Of a DNA stretch of 64,000 nt, positions 36,270-51,219 are shown one piece after another. The translations under genes were made by a program, and so were the position numbers. The notes under the pieces were generated by a model. The model saw only the letters and a program-made list of their open reading frames with translations, was not told the DNA's origin and searched no databases. The stretch lies in NCBI RefSeq assembly GCF_030144855.1, contig NW_026781548.1, positions 1 through 64,000 of the forward strand, read 5' to 3'. The stretch is from Hypanus sabinus. Its lineage: Eukaryota. The first letter of the stretch is position 1; the number at the start of each line of letters is the position of its first letter.

Positions 36270-38860
36270 ACATAGAAACTTAGAAAACCTACAGCACAAT
36301 ACACGCCCTTTGGCCCACAAATATGCGCCGAACATGCACCAGCCATAGGAATAACCAGGCCTACCCACAGCTCTCTATTCTCCTACCCTCTCTTAAAAGA
36401 CCCTCGCGTGTCCGTCTCCATCACCGTTGCCGGCAGCTTACAACCTGCTGCATATATAAAATAAATCCCCTTGACATCTCCTCTGCACCTACCTCCTTGC
36501 AACTTAAACAATCTTCCTCTTATGGCAACCATTTCAGCACTTGGAAAAACCCTCTGACTATCCGCACCATCAATATCTCTTATCATCTGATGCACATCTA
36601 TCAGGTCACCTCTCATCCTTCATCGTTCCAAGGAGAGAAAGCCGAGTTTCACTCAACATGTCTTCATAAAGCATGTTCCCCAATCCAGGCAACATTCTTG
36701 TAAATCTCCTCTGCACTGTTGCTATGGTTTCCACATTCGTCCCGTACCGAGGAGAAGAGAAATGAGCACAGTACTCCAATTACGGTCAATACTGGGTTCT
36801 ATGTCTCTGCAACATTACCTCTCGCTTCCTAAATTCAATTCAACTGTTAATTACGGGCAATGCCCCGTATACCTTCTTAACCACAAAGTCACCCTGCGCA
36901 GCTGCTTTGAGCGCCCTATGGACTCGGACCCCAAAAACCCTCTGATCCTCCACACTGCCAAGAGTCTTACAATTAATACTACATTCTGCCATCATATTTG
37001 ATCTACCAAAATGAGCCACTTTGGACTAATCTCGTTTGAAGTCCATCTGCCACTTCTCTGCCCAGTTTTGCATCTTATCTGTCTCTCTGTAATATCTGAC
37101 AGCCCTCCACAATATCCGTAACACCGGCAACCTTTGTGTCAACAGCAGATTTACTAACCCATCCTTCCACTTACTCATCCAAGTCATTTATAAAAATCAC
37201 GAAGAGTAAGGTTTACATAACAGATCACTGAGGCACTCTACTGGACACCGACCTCTATGCAGAATATGACACGTCTGCAACAAATCTTTGGCTTCAGTGG
37301 GAAGCCAGTTCTGTAGTCAGAAAACAAAGTCCACTGGCATCACATGCCTCTTTACTTGCTCAATAAGCCCTGCAAGGGCTACCTTATCAAATGCCTTACT
37401 GAAATCAATGCGCTCTGCATCTCCTGCTCTTCCTTCATCATTGAGTTTAGTCACATCCTCAAAAATTTCAATTAGGCTCGTAATGCACAACCTGCCCTTG
37501 ACAAAGCCATGCTGTCTACCCATAATCATATTATTCTTCTCTAAATTTTCATTATTTTTGCCTCTCAGGATCCTGTCCATCAATTTACCAACCACTGACC
37601 ACGCCTACCTACCTTTTCCTCATAGCGCTTATTTCTTCTACTGTACAAAACATAGTGCCAGCCAGTCTTAAATATACTTATTGAGGTAACATCCACTGCT
37701 TCGTTGAGCAGAAAAATCCACAGTTTCACCACCCTTTGAGAGAAGAAGTTCCTCCTCATCATAGTCCAAAATTCTCATGCTATTCCCCGCTGTTTTCGTC
37801 TCGCCTAACAGTGGAAACAACTACGCTGACACCGTTCTATCTATCCAGTCCATAATTTTATATGTTCGTAGCAGATTTCCTGTCATCCTTCTGAGTTCTA
37901 GCGAGTACGATTCCAGTCGACTCAATTGCCCCTCATCTCCGGATATCAACTGTGGAACCGCCTACACAGCCAGTTTATCCATCCTCAAGTCGGAAGACCG
38001 GAACTGCACAGTAATCCGGATGCCGTCTCACCAGTTCCTTGTGCAGTTGCAGCATAACCTCCCTGCTCTTAATTTCAATCCCTCTGGTAACGAAGACGAA
38101 CAACCCATTTGCCTTCCTGATAGCCGGCGACACCTTCAAACCAATATTCTGTGATTCTCCCACAAGGACTCCAAAATCCCTCCGCACAGCAGCACACTGC
38201 AGTCGTTTACTACTTAAAGAACACTCTGTTCTTCCATTCGCAATTTCCAAGTGGATGACCTTGCATTTACAAACTTTGCACTCCATCTGCCAGACGCTGG
38301 TACATTCGCTGAACATATTATTATCCCTCTGCATGCTGTCAGTTTCCTCTGCACTTTTTGTCTAATGGCAGTGATTATGCCCACGTGACCTCATGCTTTT
38401 AACTGGCGAGACTTTGGAGCTACTTATTGGCTTATTTAATTCTGTTAATATTATATTCTGCCATCATACTTGACCGTCCAAAATGGAAGACATCACACTT
38501 ATTGGTGTTGAACATCAGCTGGCTCTTCACGGCGCAGTTTTTAATCTGATCAATGCCCTTCCGTAGCCTCGAACTGTGTTCCACACTATCCACAACACCG
38601 CCAAACTTCGTTCATCACCAAAAATAGTAAACCCTCCCTTCACTTCCTCATCCGGATCATTTATAAAAATCCCGAAGAGTAGTGGTACCAGAACAGACCC
38701 CTGAGGCACACAACTGGTCAACGACTTCAATGCAGAACATGACCGTCCACAACAACACTTTGCCTTCTGTGGGCAAGCTATTTTAGGCTCCACATAACAA
38801 TGTCGGCTTGGATCACATGCCTCCTTACTTTCACAATTAGGCTTGCATGGGGTAACTTAA
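36270..38860 (-). mobile_element. Cluster of nested CR1 ORF2 fragments in the unit C intron
   Basis: MRGDLIDVHQMI, QHGFVKGRLCITSLIEIFEDVT, DFSKAFDKV, VPQGSVLVPLL, FFSQRVVKLW motifs. Confidence 0.8.
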
Positions 38861-39004
38861 CAAATTCACTCAGCTGCTGTTTGCTGATGCGATACCGTTT
38901 GGAAAGACTTGTCTTGCTACTAGCGGGTCGTTAGAGGACAGGTATGAAAGAGAAGCTGACTTATATTTTTGAATGTAATTATGAGGAAGAGACCAGACAT
39001 TTAC

Positions 39005-39185
39005 CGAGAAGAGCTACAATGGCGAGGGCAGGATAATAAACCACTTGGAATATCAGAAGCGCCATAGTGATTCGACAGTCCAACGTCATCCATTCGTAAC
39101 TTTCAACAAGATTTTGAAACGCAAAGAAAATATTCTTCGCAATTCCCGTAACATTGTGCGATGCGTTTCGCAGATTATAATCCAT
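39005..39185 (-). pseudogene. GPCR unit C, exon 1
   Basis: MDYNLRNASHNVTGIAKNIFFAFQNLVESYEWMTLDCRITMALLIFQVVYYPALAIVALL + G|GTAAA; 181 nt, phase 1. Confidence 0.9.
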
Positions 39186-40039
39186 TGCTGGGATAATCCA
39201 GATTTCTGTTCCAGATCCAGCCTGTGTCTTCTTTCCATCTGCAGCCGCTGGTCTCTGATAGCGTAGACAGGAGACTCTCACAGAAACTGTTGTTGTCAGG
39301 GATGCCATACATATTAATACACTTGACAACCAGCAGCCACATCTCCACGGTGACGTCGACAATCCCCACGGACACTCCCTAAATTAGGTTGTACTGAAAG
39401 ACAAGTGAAGTTAACCCTTTATTTGCCGTCCGTCGGAGAAGCGATGTAAATGCAGGGTGGAAGTCTATGTAATAATTCCCGTAGTCGTCTGTCCACGGAT
39501 ACGTTCCGTGCCGTCTCTGTAAAATTAAGAAACCAATTCACACACAGTTAGAAACTGATATACAACCAGTCTTGAAAGGAAGTTACACGCAGCAAACCAA
39601 AAAAATCAGACAAACAATAATGATGATATTAACAGATTAAAGCTAATTATTTCATATATTGTTCATAAAAATTATATTTGCATAGGTAGATTGAAAATCA
39701 TTTCGACATAGATAAAGTTTTACCAGCAGCCTTTTGGGTGATTTGTGAGGTGTGGACTTCAATCCGCTTTGATCAGGGACCAGGCGGGGTTTGTCGTTGG
39801 GGTTTGTCGTTTATCCGCAAGAGGGAGGCAGGGACAAATGCAGTCGCCATCGTCTGAATGGAGCGTTAACTGGGTGATCTTCAGGCTTCTGCTCGCTGAG
39901 GCTTCAGCTCAGGGAGACTTCAGTAAAAGTAGGCAAATAAAAGTAAAGCAATTGGCTATATTTTTTTCCGTTGCGTTCTTTATATCTGATCATATAGGAT
40001 AATATATCTTCCTGCCGGATCTGACAAGGCAAAGATTAC

Positions 40040-40740
40040 CCCAGTAACTCTGCGACTACGTCTGCGAGAAATGCGTTCAGGTGCATCTTCTGACCGTCTA
40101 CGTTAAGGAGGTGAAGCTGGAACTGGACGAGCTCCAGATCATTCGGGTGGCTGAAGCGGTGATGGACATATAGTGAGGGAGTTACACCCAGGGGGCAGGG
40201 CACAGGAGACAGTGTGATAGTCATGATGGAGAAACGACTGAAGAGGCCAGGGCAGAGTTCTCCTGTGCTCATCTCCCTCGACATTTCGGATACTATCACG
40301 GAATTCGTGGGGCGGGAGAATCACTTAACAGTGTTCAGTCACAGTAGTTTTGTCTCAGGCACTTAGTTTGCCTCTGTGACTCAAAAGGCAAGTGGGCGTT
40401 AAGCGGTGTCTGTCGGTATGTGGTGTGTGTGGGAGGGGCGGCATGGTGAAAGTCACGCTGTGGTGTTCGGATTTTCGTTAGTGGTGCGGACAGGTGGTTC
40501 TATCGGCGACAGCTTCAGCGATATCTCGGATCGAGTCCTCAGCATTCTTGACAGGGAACGTGCACAGCTCGAAATCGTGGCCCATTGAGTTACCAATGAC
40601 ATTGGTACGATGAGTAACGAAGCACTGCACTGCCGGTTCCGGGAGTTCTGAGCGAAGGTAAAAGGAAGGACCTCCAGGATTTGCTGCCTGTGCTACGTGC
40701 TTGTGTGTTCAGAACTAGGAACAATTTCCAGATTAATAGG
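40040..40740 (+). mobile_element. CR1 ORF1 remnant upstream of unit C
   Basis: Aligns with 19200-20340 and 62680-63400. Confidence 0.75.
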
Positions 40741-42099
40741 TTGCTAAAGAGATTATTTATATCCCTGTCGTCTGGAATTGCATGCCAACATTGCAACTGG
40801 CTTCCTCACCTTTCTACAAATTTTCCTGCATGGAATCTTCCCAAAAAGTACTGAACCTCTGTGTTTTTTACGAGTCTGCTCCCCACTTATAAAATAATCC
40901 AGACCTCTACACAATTTATTACATGGTGAAGAGGTTGTTTTATATACCAGTCCTCTGAAAATGGATTGGAACATGTATTTGTCTCCCTCACCACTGACTC
41001 AATCTGCAGATCCTCCTGTGGCTATGCAACTCTGGTTTTAAAATTCAATCATTCTTCCCATTTTCAAAACAGTCCAATACTTTATTCCATCTGCCAGAAT
41101 ATGAGACCAGACATTTCCGTACATTATCTTCCTTTGTTAATTATTTGCCTATTATCCAATATGTCTTATTCCGTCTTCAAGAATCGCGCTTTATCCACTC
41201 TACGTGCCCTTCCATCGAAATTCTCATGATCTGCAAACCCTGCCACAAAGCATTCAAATCATTCATCCAAATCAGTAATGGACAACGCGATAAGAGGCGG
41301 TCCCAACAACGATTGCTGTGGAACTCCATTGATCAACGCATCCCATCAGGAAAGGGCCTACGCAGTGATGTCTATGAACTTCTCCAAAAGGCCACAATGC
41401 GAAACACCACCAGGATAGTCTGAAAGTTCCGAGCAAGTAAGAATTGAGCGTGATAGGCTCTGACTGGACATGATGATTCACCAGCTGTGGAGAAACCGAA
41501 ATGACACAACAGCTTACTATCAATACAAAAGTCAGGTTGCAACAAATTATATGACTATCGAGCTGTAATTACGGAAGGGATAATCCGGACTAACCGTCCG
41601 GATATAATAACAGAGGACAGACAAAGAACAACCTCTTATTCAATCGATAAACAAATTGCAAGCACACAAAACATATAGAAATCAATGCTTAAAAGACACT
41701 ACAATTTTCTGAATTAAGCCATATATACTGTTCATATTCTGTACCTTCATATTTTGGTTCGGTCAAGTTTTACACGGCCCAAAGATCCTGTGACAACAAG
41801 TGTCTATATCAAATTCTGAAACATAGGTCTTTTAAGAATATATTCATATAACAATCACAGCGCGGAAAGAGGCCATCTTGGCCCTCCTAGTCCGTGCCGA
41901 ACCCTTAATCTCACCTAGTCCCACCTACCCGCAATCAGTCCACTCTCCAGCTACCCTCCACTCCTTTCCTGTCCATGTACCTATCCAATTTTACCTTAAA
42001 TGACACAACTGAACTGACCTCTACTACTTCTACAGGAAGCTCATTCCACACAGAAAAGAATGTATAAATAGCCTATCTGACATTAGGACTAAGGGTGAT

Positions 42100-43895
42100 T
42101 AGCCCTTAGTAAATGTTTCTCAGTGCATGGAGAGTGTAGTTTTTAGAGGAAAAAATCGTATACGGTGAAAAGTCTTGTACTATCACACAATATGATGTCC
42201 TATTTCACCTAAGATATGGAAACATAACAACTATAGTGATTTAAATATATTGTTGAAAGTGAAAATGGCAATAACATTCTGGAACTGCGGGGGTTTGTTA
42301 TATAACCAATCATAATCATTTCCACCATCAAACATGCCCTCTCTTCTATATCATAAAAAATCCTCATAACTACTATGTAATTATAACGTTTAAATTTTAA
42401 TTAAACATTAACTAGCATTTAACCAACAGACAATGCAAATAAATGCTATTTGAAAACTAGTCTTCGCCTTCAAAGCTGTGTAGGAAACATTGCGCGTCTG
42501 CCCTTCCATATGTGTTTCCACACATTTGTAGAAGTTGTCCCTGTTTCTCAGGCCTTTTTTGCAGAGCAGTATAGGCACCTCCTCTTCTGTCCCCTTGTTT
42601 TAGCTTCCTGTGTGAATTGCTGTTGATCAGGGTCAGTTTCAGATCGCGGCACTGCCCTTACCACTGCTGCTGAGGCTGCTGTACAGGGAAGGTGGTGTCG
42701 CCTTTGCATAAAAGGAGTCACACGGGGCTTTCCAAGCTCCTTCAAAACTGAACAACTTTTCCTCTTGCGTGCCCTCCAAGAAGGGTACCTTTCACTCCAT
42801 AAGAAAAAGCATTTTAGTTCCACATGTCAATAATGTTATTGAATATGGTGAGAGGCAAGCGGGCTGTTTGACTCTTCCAGCTGCATGTGCCTGTTACTCT
42901 GTCAAGGTTGTCCACTCCTCCTTTGTTGGCATTGTGTTCAAGGATGATCGCTGGTTTTCTGTCCTCCAGAGATCTGACCACTGCACACTCATGTAATGTG
43001 CTCATAAGGAGTATATTCTTATCCTTCTTTTGCATTTACGAGACAGCTGTGTTGTCATTCGTGAAAGCAAACGTGGAAGACAAGACGTCTCTCCCCCTTG
43101 TTGCAATCACAGTAGGTGGCATCTGAGGCCTATTCCGCCTCACAGTGCCCATAATTGTGGTTTTCTTCTTCAGCAGCGGCTGACAAAGGTCCTGAGATGT
43201 GAAGAGGCTTTCACAGGTCATATCATGTCCTCGTAGCCCTTCTCTCATCTCTTCCACAAGGTGCATGCTTTGTTTTTTTCTCCAGGGCTCCCCGAGCTGG
43301 CTTCCCATTATATACTTGCATATTCCAAACATAACTGGAACGTGCATCATAGGCTGCCCATAACTGTATTCTTTACTTTCCTGGATTGCTAGGCATGCAC
43401 TGGAGGAAAGGACATCCACCTGCAAATACACAAAAAGGGGACTTCAAAGACCGACATTTGCCTGTCTTGGTGGGATCCTGCGCAGATGTGGAGGATACCC
43501 GCAGGCTGTTCTCGTGAGAGTGTCACGGTTCCCGTTGGACTCTGTCACTACTGCCCGATTAGAAAATATACACATACATGGCATGTACATTCTCACAGTT
43601 TTACGATATCCTAAAACTAACATTTTCCTTGATTTTAACCACATTGGTGGATCTAAAATCTATGTCTGTAAATGCGGGTGAAATTTGACCCGGAACAGAC
43701 TCAATGTACAAAAAAATTGTAGCACCTGTACAAAAGTATAAACATCTTAAATATTTTAATTTTTGCGTATTTTGGATCACTTTAGAAAAAAAAAAAACAT
43801 CAAATTTCGGCAGGAAATAGCATTTAGGGGATGTCTACTGCCCTCAAATGTCATCACGACTTAAATCTGTCTCGAACAGCATGTGAGAGGTTGAA
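42100..43895 (-). mobile_element. Decayed piggyBac (PGBD4-like) DNA transposon
   Basis: TIMGTVRRNRPQMP, NILLMSTLH, NANKGGVDNLDR, C-terminal RRCLYC; degenerate TTAACCC-like ends near 42100 and 43890. Confidence 0.85.
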
Positions 43896-45769
43896 AGAGG
43901 AATGTGAAAGAGGATGGAGCATGAATAGATAAATATTGTTCAATAGAAATATTTACAACGAGCATCATCGCAATCACTACAAAACCACATTAAAGGAGAG
44001 CTACAGATGAAATACATATATAATATTGAAGAAAGCTGCAAAACCATGCAACACCTCTAAATATTCCGACAGCTTCGAGCAATTGAGAAATGGCCGTCTT
44101 TCCTTCAGGATTTTTCAGTGGTACGGTAAGTGTTGTTATCCACTCTCTTTCCAAAACTTGATATGGGGGATGTCACAACTGCTCCTAAATCTGAATTAAG
44201 AAGCCTGAACCCTGAATCGATCCTGGTTCAAGGGGGAAAAAAAACAAAACAAAAACAAAACATCAGCAAAGTCCAGCTGCGCCATTGTCAGGAAGGGTCC
44301 CTTAAATCTTTAGTTCGGGAGAAGGACAAGCAAAAATAGCGAGGTGCCCTTTGACTCTCTGCAATATTTATAACTTCCTGTCCTTTCATAACCAGCGGCT
44401 AATCATTGACTCCGCTGTTTATCATGTTGCAGACACTTTTTCTCGGTAATTATCAAGCGGTTCATCGGTGTGGAGACGCAGTGAAACAGAGTGAAGATGT
44501 TTTTCTCTCTCTCCCTCTTTCTCCCTCTATTTTGCAGGCCGGCATGCCTGAATAGTACGATTTTGAAAGATATTGAGTTCGCAGAAAATAGATCTAGATT
44601 GCATACTGCACTGTTACATAGAATATAAACAGTTGATGAAACAGGTAAAAACAAGACTGTTTTTCCTTATGCTTTTAGCGGAGGTAGCAATGTTTTTGAT
44701 GAGAAAGGGTTACAAAAGTTACGGGCAGAAGGGGGAGAATGCCACGAAAAACTTTCAGTGGAGCCAAATCATTCTCAAAAGCGTCTTGTTAACGAGAGAG
44801 CTCAGACGAAAGTGGTGTTCCTGCTCTTACCGAATGAGCGCCTATGTGCGTGTGGACTTTCATCGATTCTGTCAGGGTTATTATTCTATTAAGAATTTAT
44901 TGAGTATCCTAGCAGGAAAGTAGATAACGTGGTATACATAAACGTATATGCAGTGATTTCATCCAGTTTGGTTTTGCTGCTGTGTAATTTGCAACCCTTT
45001 ACAAATTAAAGCCAGGAAATAACTGACAGCAAACGCTTAAAGGGATTATATTTAAGAATCTTAACTTAGTAACGAGGATCAAAGCGAAGAAAGCCCATTC
45101 TAATTAAACTGTCAAATATGCACAAGTTGGAGTTAATCTTGAATTTACCACTCTCGTGCTGAACCTTCGGTCAAAGTGAAAGCACACACAACACCGTCCA
45201 AAAGTCGCTCGCAATCTATCTTGAACAAGCGGGTCTCCCACCCGAATAAATCATACGATCTGTTCTCCCGGCGTCTGCTCTCCTAGTCCCCCGCCGAAAG
45301 AAAAAAAAAATTCAAGACTCCATTGGTGTCCCTTGCCAAGAAATGTTCCCCCTATATCTACCATACCATTTCGATCGCACGCATTTGTTATCTGGAATAG
45401 TAATCCGAACAGGTTGCCAGCAGAACAGACTGCTCTTACCTGCTTTAAATCAAACACATTAATCATGCCAGTAAATGTATGAGGCAGGGTATCATTCCAC
45501 TTTGATAATCATTGTCCTTTGAATTTTGAACTTACAACAGCATCAGACACAGAATGCTGGCGAAACTCATCAGGTCAGACAGCATCTCTTGACATGAATA
45601 AAATCTCGATGAGCGGGACGAGCGCATTCATTCGGACTTGACATCGCAATGTAAGTTTTCTCTCTGCACAGTTTCAATAAGTTCCCTGCACGTCAACGGC
45701 ATTAGCAACTAATCAACGTGGGACTGAGCCTAAGCAGAAACTGCTAAAGAAAAGTCCGTAAGTCTCACT

Positions 45770-48700
45770 GATTTAAGACAACAGGAACATAAAACCATAA
45801 TATTTAGGAACAGAATTAGGTCATTTGGCCCATCGTGTCTGCTCAATCATGGCGAATCCTTTACTTCCCTTCTTCAGCGCCATACCGCGGCCTTCACCCC
45901 GTAACGTTTAATGATGTGTCCAATTAACAACCAATAAATCTCGGCCTTAAATAAACCCTAGGATATGGCTTACACAGCAGAATATGCTGACAAATTACCA
46001 AATACGGCACTCTCTGGCGAAATAAATTTATCCGCTTCTCTGTTTTAAAAGGACGCCTCTCTGTACTTACCCTACGCCCCCTTGCCTCCGACACATCAAC
46101 CCTGGGAATCATCCTTTCCGCATGCACTCTGCCTTGGCATCTCAGCTTTCGGAATTTTGAAATGAGATCCAACCTCGTCTATCTGAAACTCCAGCGAGCA
46201 CAGACCCAGAGAACTCAAACAGTACTAATATGACAACCCGTCCATTCCTGGAATCATGCTCGTAAACCTCCCCCGGGACCTCTCCAATGCCAGCAGGTTT
46301 TTTGTTAGATGAGAATACCAAAACTGTTCACAATCCTCACGCTGAGGCTTCAGCACTACCTCGTAAAACTTCAGCATCAAATTACAGTTCCCGCATTCAT
46401 GACCTCTTGAAATGAATGTTTCCTTCTTTAGCTCCGACACTACCTGCATGTTAACCCTTTAGGTGTTCTGCTCAAGTACTCCGAATTCCCTTTGCAACTC
46501 AGATTGGGGAATTTTCTCCACAATTAGCAAATAGTCTGCGCATTCATTTACACTACCAAAGCGCATGATCATGCATTTACCAATAGTCTACTTTCATTTG
46601 CTACTTTCTTGCCAATTCTCCTAGTCTGCCTGAGGTCCTCTGCAAACAACGTCTTTACTCAACAGTACCTGCCTGAACACCAATATTTCGAACATCTCCA
46701 AACTTGGAAACAAAGCCATCCATTCACTCATCTATGTCATTAACACAGAGCAATAAAGGTCCATACACCGACACTTTCGGAACACGACTAGTCACTGGCA
46801 ACCAGCCAGAAACGGACCCTTTTATTCCCACTCGCTTGCTCTTACCGTTCAACCATGGTTCACGGCATTTGTTGTAATACCATGGGCTCTTAATTTGGTA
46901 AGCAGCCTTATGTTTGACACCTTGTCAAAAGTCTTTGAAAGTCCAAATACACAAGATCCACGATACCCCCTATATGTATCCAACATGTATTCTTCTAAAG
47001 GAAATCCGGCAGGTTCTTCAGGCAAGAATATAACAGATTTCTGAGAAAGGTAAGTCCCTTGGGGCTGATGATATCTGCTTAGGATACCGAGAGAGACAGC
47101 AGAGGAACGTTATCACTTTATCCTCTCTTGTCTTGTGTTACCGCATCCTTAACAATTGTAACCAGCATCTTCCCAGCCACTGTCAGGCTGTCAGTTATAT
47201 GAATCCCTTCCTACTACATGCCTACTTTCATAAAGAGTGCGTGGCATTTGCAATTTCTCTTCCTCAGGCCCCATGAGACAGTCCAATGATTTTAGAAAGG
47301 GCAATGCGAACGCGTTCACTCTAGCTTCCGCTCACTCTTTAAGAACCCTGAATGTCGAGTTTGAACCACAGAACCATAGAACATTACAGCACAGAAACAA
47401 GCCTTTTAGCTCTGCCTGGCTGCGCCGAACCATTTTATCTGCTTAGTCTCGCTGACCTGCAACTGGACCATCTCCCTCAATACTTCTCCCATCCATGTAC
47501 CTACCCAAGTCTTTCTTCAATGTTAAACGTGAGTCCGCATTTACCACTTCATCTGGCAGATCATTGCACACTCTTACCACTCTCTGTGTGAAGAAGAAAT
47601 CCCCCGCCCAATGTTTCCTTAAAGTTTTCCGCCTTTCACCCTAAATACATGTCCTCTGTTTATTTTTTCTCCCCCCTGGCCTCAGTGGAAAAAACTCCGG
47701 GGAGTTCATATGGCCCGTGTGACTGATGCACCCTTAGGTCGTTCACTTTTCTGAGCACCTTCACTCTTGTGAGAACAACTGCACCACCTTCCATTCCTTC
47801 ACACACTACAACATCAGACAAAGTGCCAGTATCTTCCACAGTGACGATTGAAGCAAAAGACTCATTTATTTCATCAGCCATCTCGTTTTCTCCCGTTATA
47901 TTTCCCCCCGCCTCATTTTGCAGAGATCCTACATCCACTCTCATTTCTCTTTGCTTTTTCTATGTTGAAAAATATGTCACCACAGACCTTCATATTCTTC
48001 ATTACCTTGCTTTCAGATTTCATCTTTTCCCTTCGAATGATTCTGTTAGGTGCTCTCCGTAAGTTTTCAAAAGCTTCGCCATCCGCTGTTTTCCCAGCAG
48101 TTTTTGTTTTGTTATATGCCTTCTCCTTTGCTTTTACGTTCTGCCACGATTGTGCAAATTTGTCATTTGAGAATATATTTCATTGCAGAATGCATGTGTT
48201 CTGCACATCTGTATTACCAGAAACTCACCGCATTTCTGCCGTGAAGACAATCCTGCAGCCAATCCTGACAGCGATCCTGACTGTGTATCCATCAATTTTT
48301 ATTTGACCGACATCTTGCTCATATCACTGCAATTTCATTCACTCCACTGAAGCACTGCTGCATCAGACTTCAATTTTCCCCATAAAATTTGAAATTAAAC
48401 TCAACTATATTCTGATGACGGCTTTCTAAAGGTGAGTTTGCCTTAAGCTCCCTAATCATTTCCGATTCATTTCATAGCTCCCAATCTGGTACAGCTGATC
48501 CTCAAGTCGGCGTTAAGAGCAACTAAACATGTTGATAACCCTACAAGAAAATAGGCTGAATTTGATTTGGTATTGGGATCTGGTGTCAGATCTCTCAGTG
48601 GGAGAGCATTTTGGAGATAGTGATCATAATTCTATCTCCTTTGCAATTGCATTGCAGAGAGATATATACAGATAAGTTACTAAAGTGTTTAATTGTAGTT

Positions 48701-49000
48701 AAGCGAACTATTATGCTATCAGGCAGGAAATTGGAGGTATAAATTGGAAACAGATGTTCACAGGAAAAATTACCTAAGAAATATGGGAAATGATCAGGGA
48801 CTATTTGTCTGGAGTTCTGCCTTGGTGCTTTCCAAGGAGAAAGTGAAGTTACTGTAGGGTACGGGAACGGTGGTAAATAAAGCTTGTAATAAATCTAGTC
48901 GAGGAAAATAAAAGTTTTCAAAAGTTCAGAGAGCGAGGTGATGTTAGAGATCTAGAAGAGAAGAAGACTGATATGATGGATTGGAGCTTAAGAGGTCACT
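45770..49000. mobile_element. Mixed decayed CR1 ORF2 fragments
   Basis: RT and endonuclease motifs on both strands (FRTEKRINLFRQRV, EMADEINESFASIVTVED, GDSDHNSISF). Confidence 0.7.
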
Positions 49001-49044
49001 TAGGAGAAACGGAAGGGGACAGCAGAAGGCAATGCTGGGATGGA

Positions 49045-49320
49045 TTAGGGAAAACCACAAGTCTGTGCAGAGCAGTAGGAGAAATGTGAAAGAATAGGAT
49101 CTATCACAGCAGGTGGCAGCTCAGGCTTGCTCCGCCTTACAGTTCCAACCATTGTGATTTTCCTCTTCAGGATCGCCTGACCAATCTCCTGAGATGTGAA
49201 GAAGTTGTCGCAGGTCACATTGTGTCCTGTTCGCCCTTCTGACATCTCTAACACGACGCACATGCCTTGTTTGCTCTCCGGGGCTCCCCCAGCTGCTTTC
49301 CCAGCATATACTTGCATTTT
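49045..49320 (-). mobile_element. Second piggyBac transposase fragment
   Basis: MQVYAGK...GHNVTCDNFFTS...ITMVGTVRRSKPELP. Confidence 0.85.
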
Positions 49321-49399
49321 CTAAAACACAATTAATCTCTGCATTCTATATACTCAGGAACACAGCCTTCACAGCTGAGTGTGACAACGGATTCCCAAA

Positions 49400-50810
49400 A
49401 TGCCACCACCTCTGGAGAAATAAAGTTTTCTGCGTCTCTGTTTAAAATGGACGCCTCTATATTCTGAGGCTAATCACTCCTGTCTCAGACACCCAAACCT
49501 TGGGTCGCATCCTTTATATAACTCCTTTTCTGCTGTCTCCGTCCTTTCCGAACGAGCGAAGTGGCATTTGCAATTGCTCTGCCCCGGTTCCATGAGACAG
49601 CCCACTGGTTTTCGAAAGATCATTGCTCATGTTCCCAAATCTCTACCGATCATTCTTTGAGAAGCATAATGTGGAGTTCCTCTGGACTGGGTGAATGATG
49701 TATCCTTTGGTCTTTCAGCTTTTTGAAGAACTTCTTTCTTGTGAGAATAACTGCACCCACTCCTGTTCCTTCACACAATACAACATCAGACATACTGCTA
49801 GCATCTTCCACAGTGACGATTGATGCAACATACTAATTTATTTCATCTGCCATCTCCTTTTCCCCCATTATTATTTCACTTGCCTCATTTTCTAGCGGGT
49901 TTATATCCACCCTTATTTCTGTTTGAATTCTGTGTAACGATTTTTCTTCCCACCTTGATATTTTTCACTATCCTGCTTTCGTATGTCATCTTAAAAGCTT
50001 CCCAATACGCTGTTTTCCTAGTAGGTTTGCCTTGTCATATGACTTCTCTTTTGCTTTTATGTTTTGAAACCCTAATGCTAATTTGTCATTTGAGTATGTA
50101 TTTGTTTTTGGAATGCATGCATTCCGCACATGGCTCTAGTTTACCAGAAATTTACCGTATATTTGCCCTGCAGTCAATCCTGACAGTGTCTCCTTCATTT
50201 TTTATGTGGCCAAGACGTTACTCGTAACACAGAATTATCCGTTATTCCGTCGGAGTTTAATTTTCCCTATCATATTTGAAATTGAACTAAACTGTATTGC
50301 AATGACTGCTTCCCAAATGTTCGTTTAGACAGAGTACAGAGAAGATTTACAATAAAGTTACCTGGGTTTCAGCACTAGGTTACAGGGAAAGATTGAACAA
50401 GTTAGGTATTTATTCTTTGGAGCGTAGAAGGTTGAATTTAAAAATAGAGATATTTAAATGTTGAGGGGGATAGATAGAGTTGACGTGGATAGGCTTTTCC
50501 CATTGAGAGTAGGGGAGATTCAAACAAGAGGACATGAGTTGAGACTTCGGCGGCAAAAGTTTAAGGGTAACATGAGGGGGTATTTCTTTACTCAGAGAAT
50601 GGTAGCTGTGTGGATTAAGCTTCCAGTAGTAGTGGTAGAGGTAGTTTCGGTATTGTCCTTTACAGAAAAATTGGATGGGTATAAGGATAGGAAAGGAATT
50701 GAGCGTTATGGGCTGCGTGCGGGTAGGTGGGATTAGGTGAGACTAAGCGTTCGGCACGGACGAGAAAGGTGGAGATGGCCTATCACCATGCTGTAATTGT
50801 TATATGGCTA
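49400..50810. mobile_element. CR1 fragments (minus 49400-50330; plus 3' end 50330-50810)
   Basis: MLRGIDRVDVDRLFPLRVGEIQTRGHELR...FFTQRMVAVW, plus 3' UTR. Confidence 0.8.
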
Positions 50811-51219
50811 TATGTGTATATGGTTTACCTGAAGCTCCCTTATCATATCCGATTCATTTCATAGCACCCAATCACGTATAGCTAATCCAGAAGTCGGCTT
50901 AAGGACAAACTGTAAAAACAAACCAAACCAATCGAGTTGCATGTAGAACAATCCCGTGGCTATCATAACATCGACATTTATGCACACACTTTCCCCGTCG
51001 CCACCTATGCTCTGCATTCCAGCTCTGTCGGGAGGGTTGCATATACCTCCAATGACGATCCTTTTACCCTGTCAGTTTCGTAAAACAAACCAAAACTGAT
51101 TCCACAGATTACGATCAGTCGTCCCATGTTTTTACTGAGCTGATGCTATTCTTTACCTGCAGAGCCACACCATCCAATCTAAAGACCTTCCAATTCTTCC
51201 GATACAACGCGTAGCCTCA

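Noticed and set aside
49106-49119. CTCF-like ACAGCAGGTGGCAG
   Set aside because: Lies within piggyBac coding sequence (ELPPAV on the minus strand), so probably incidental.
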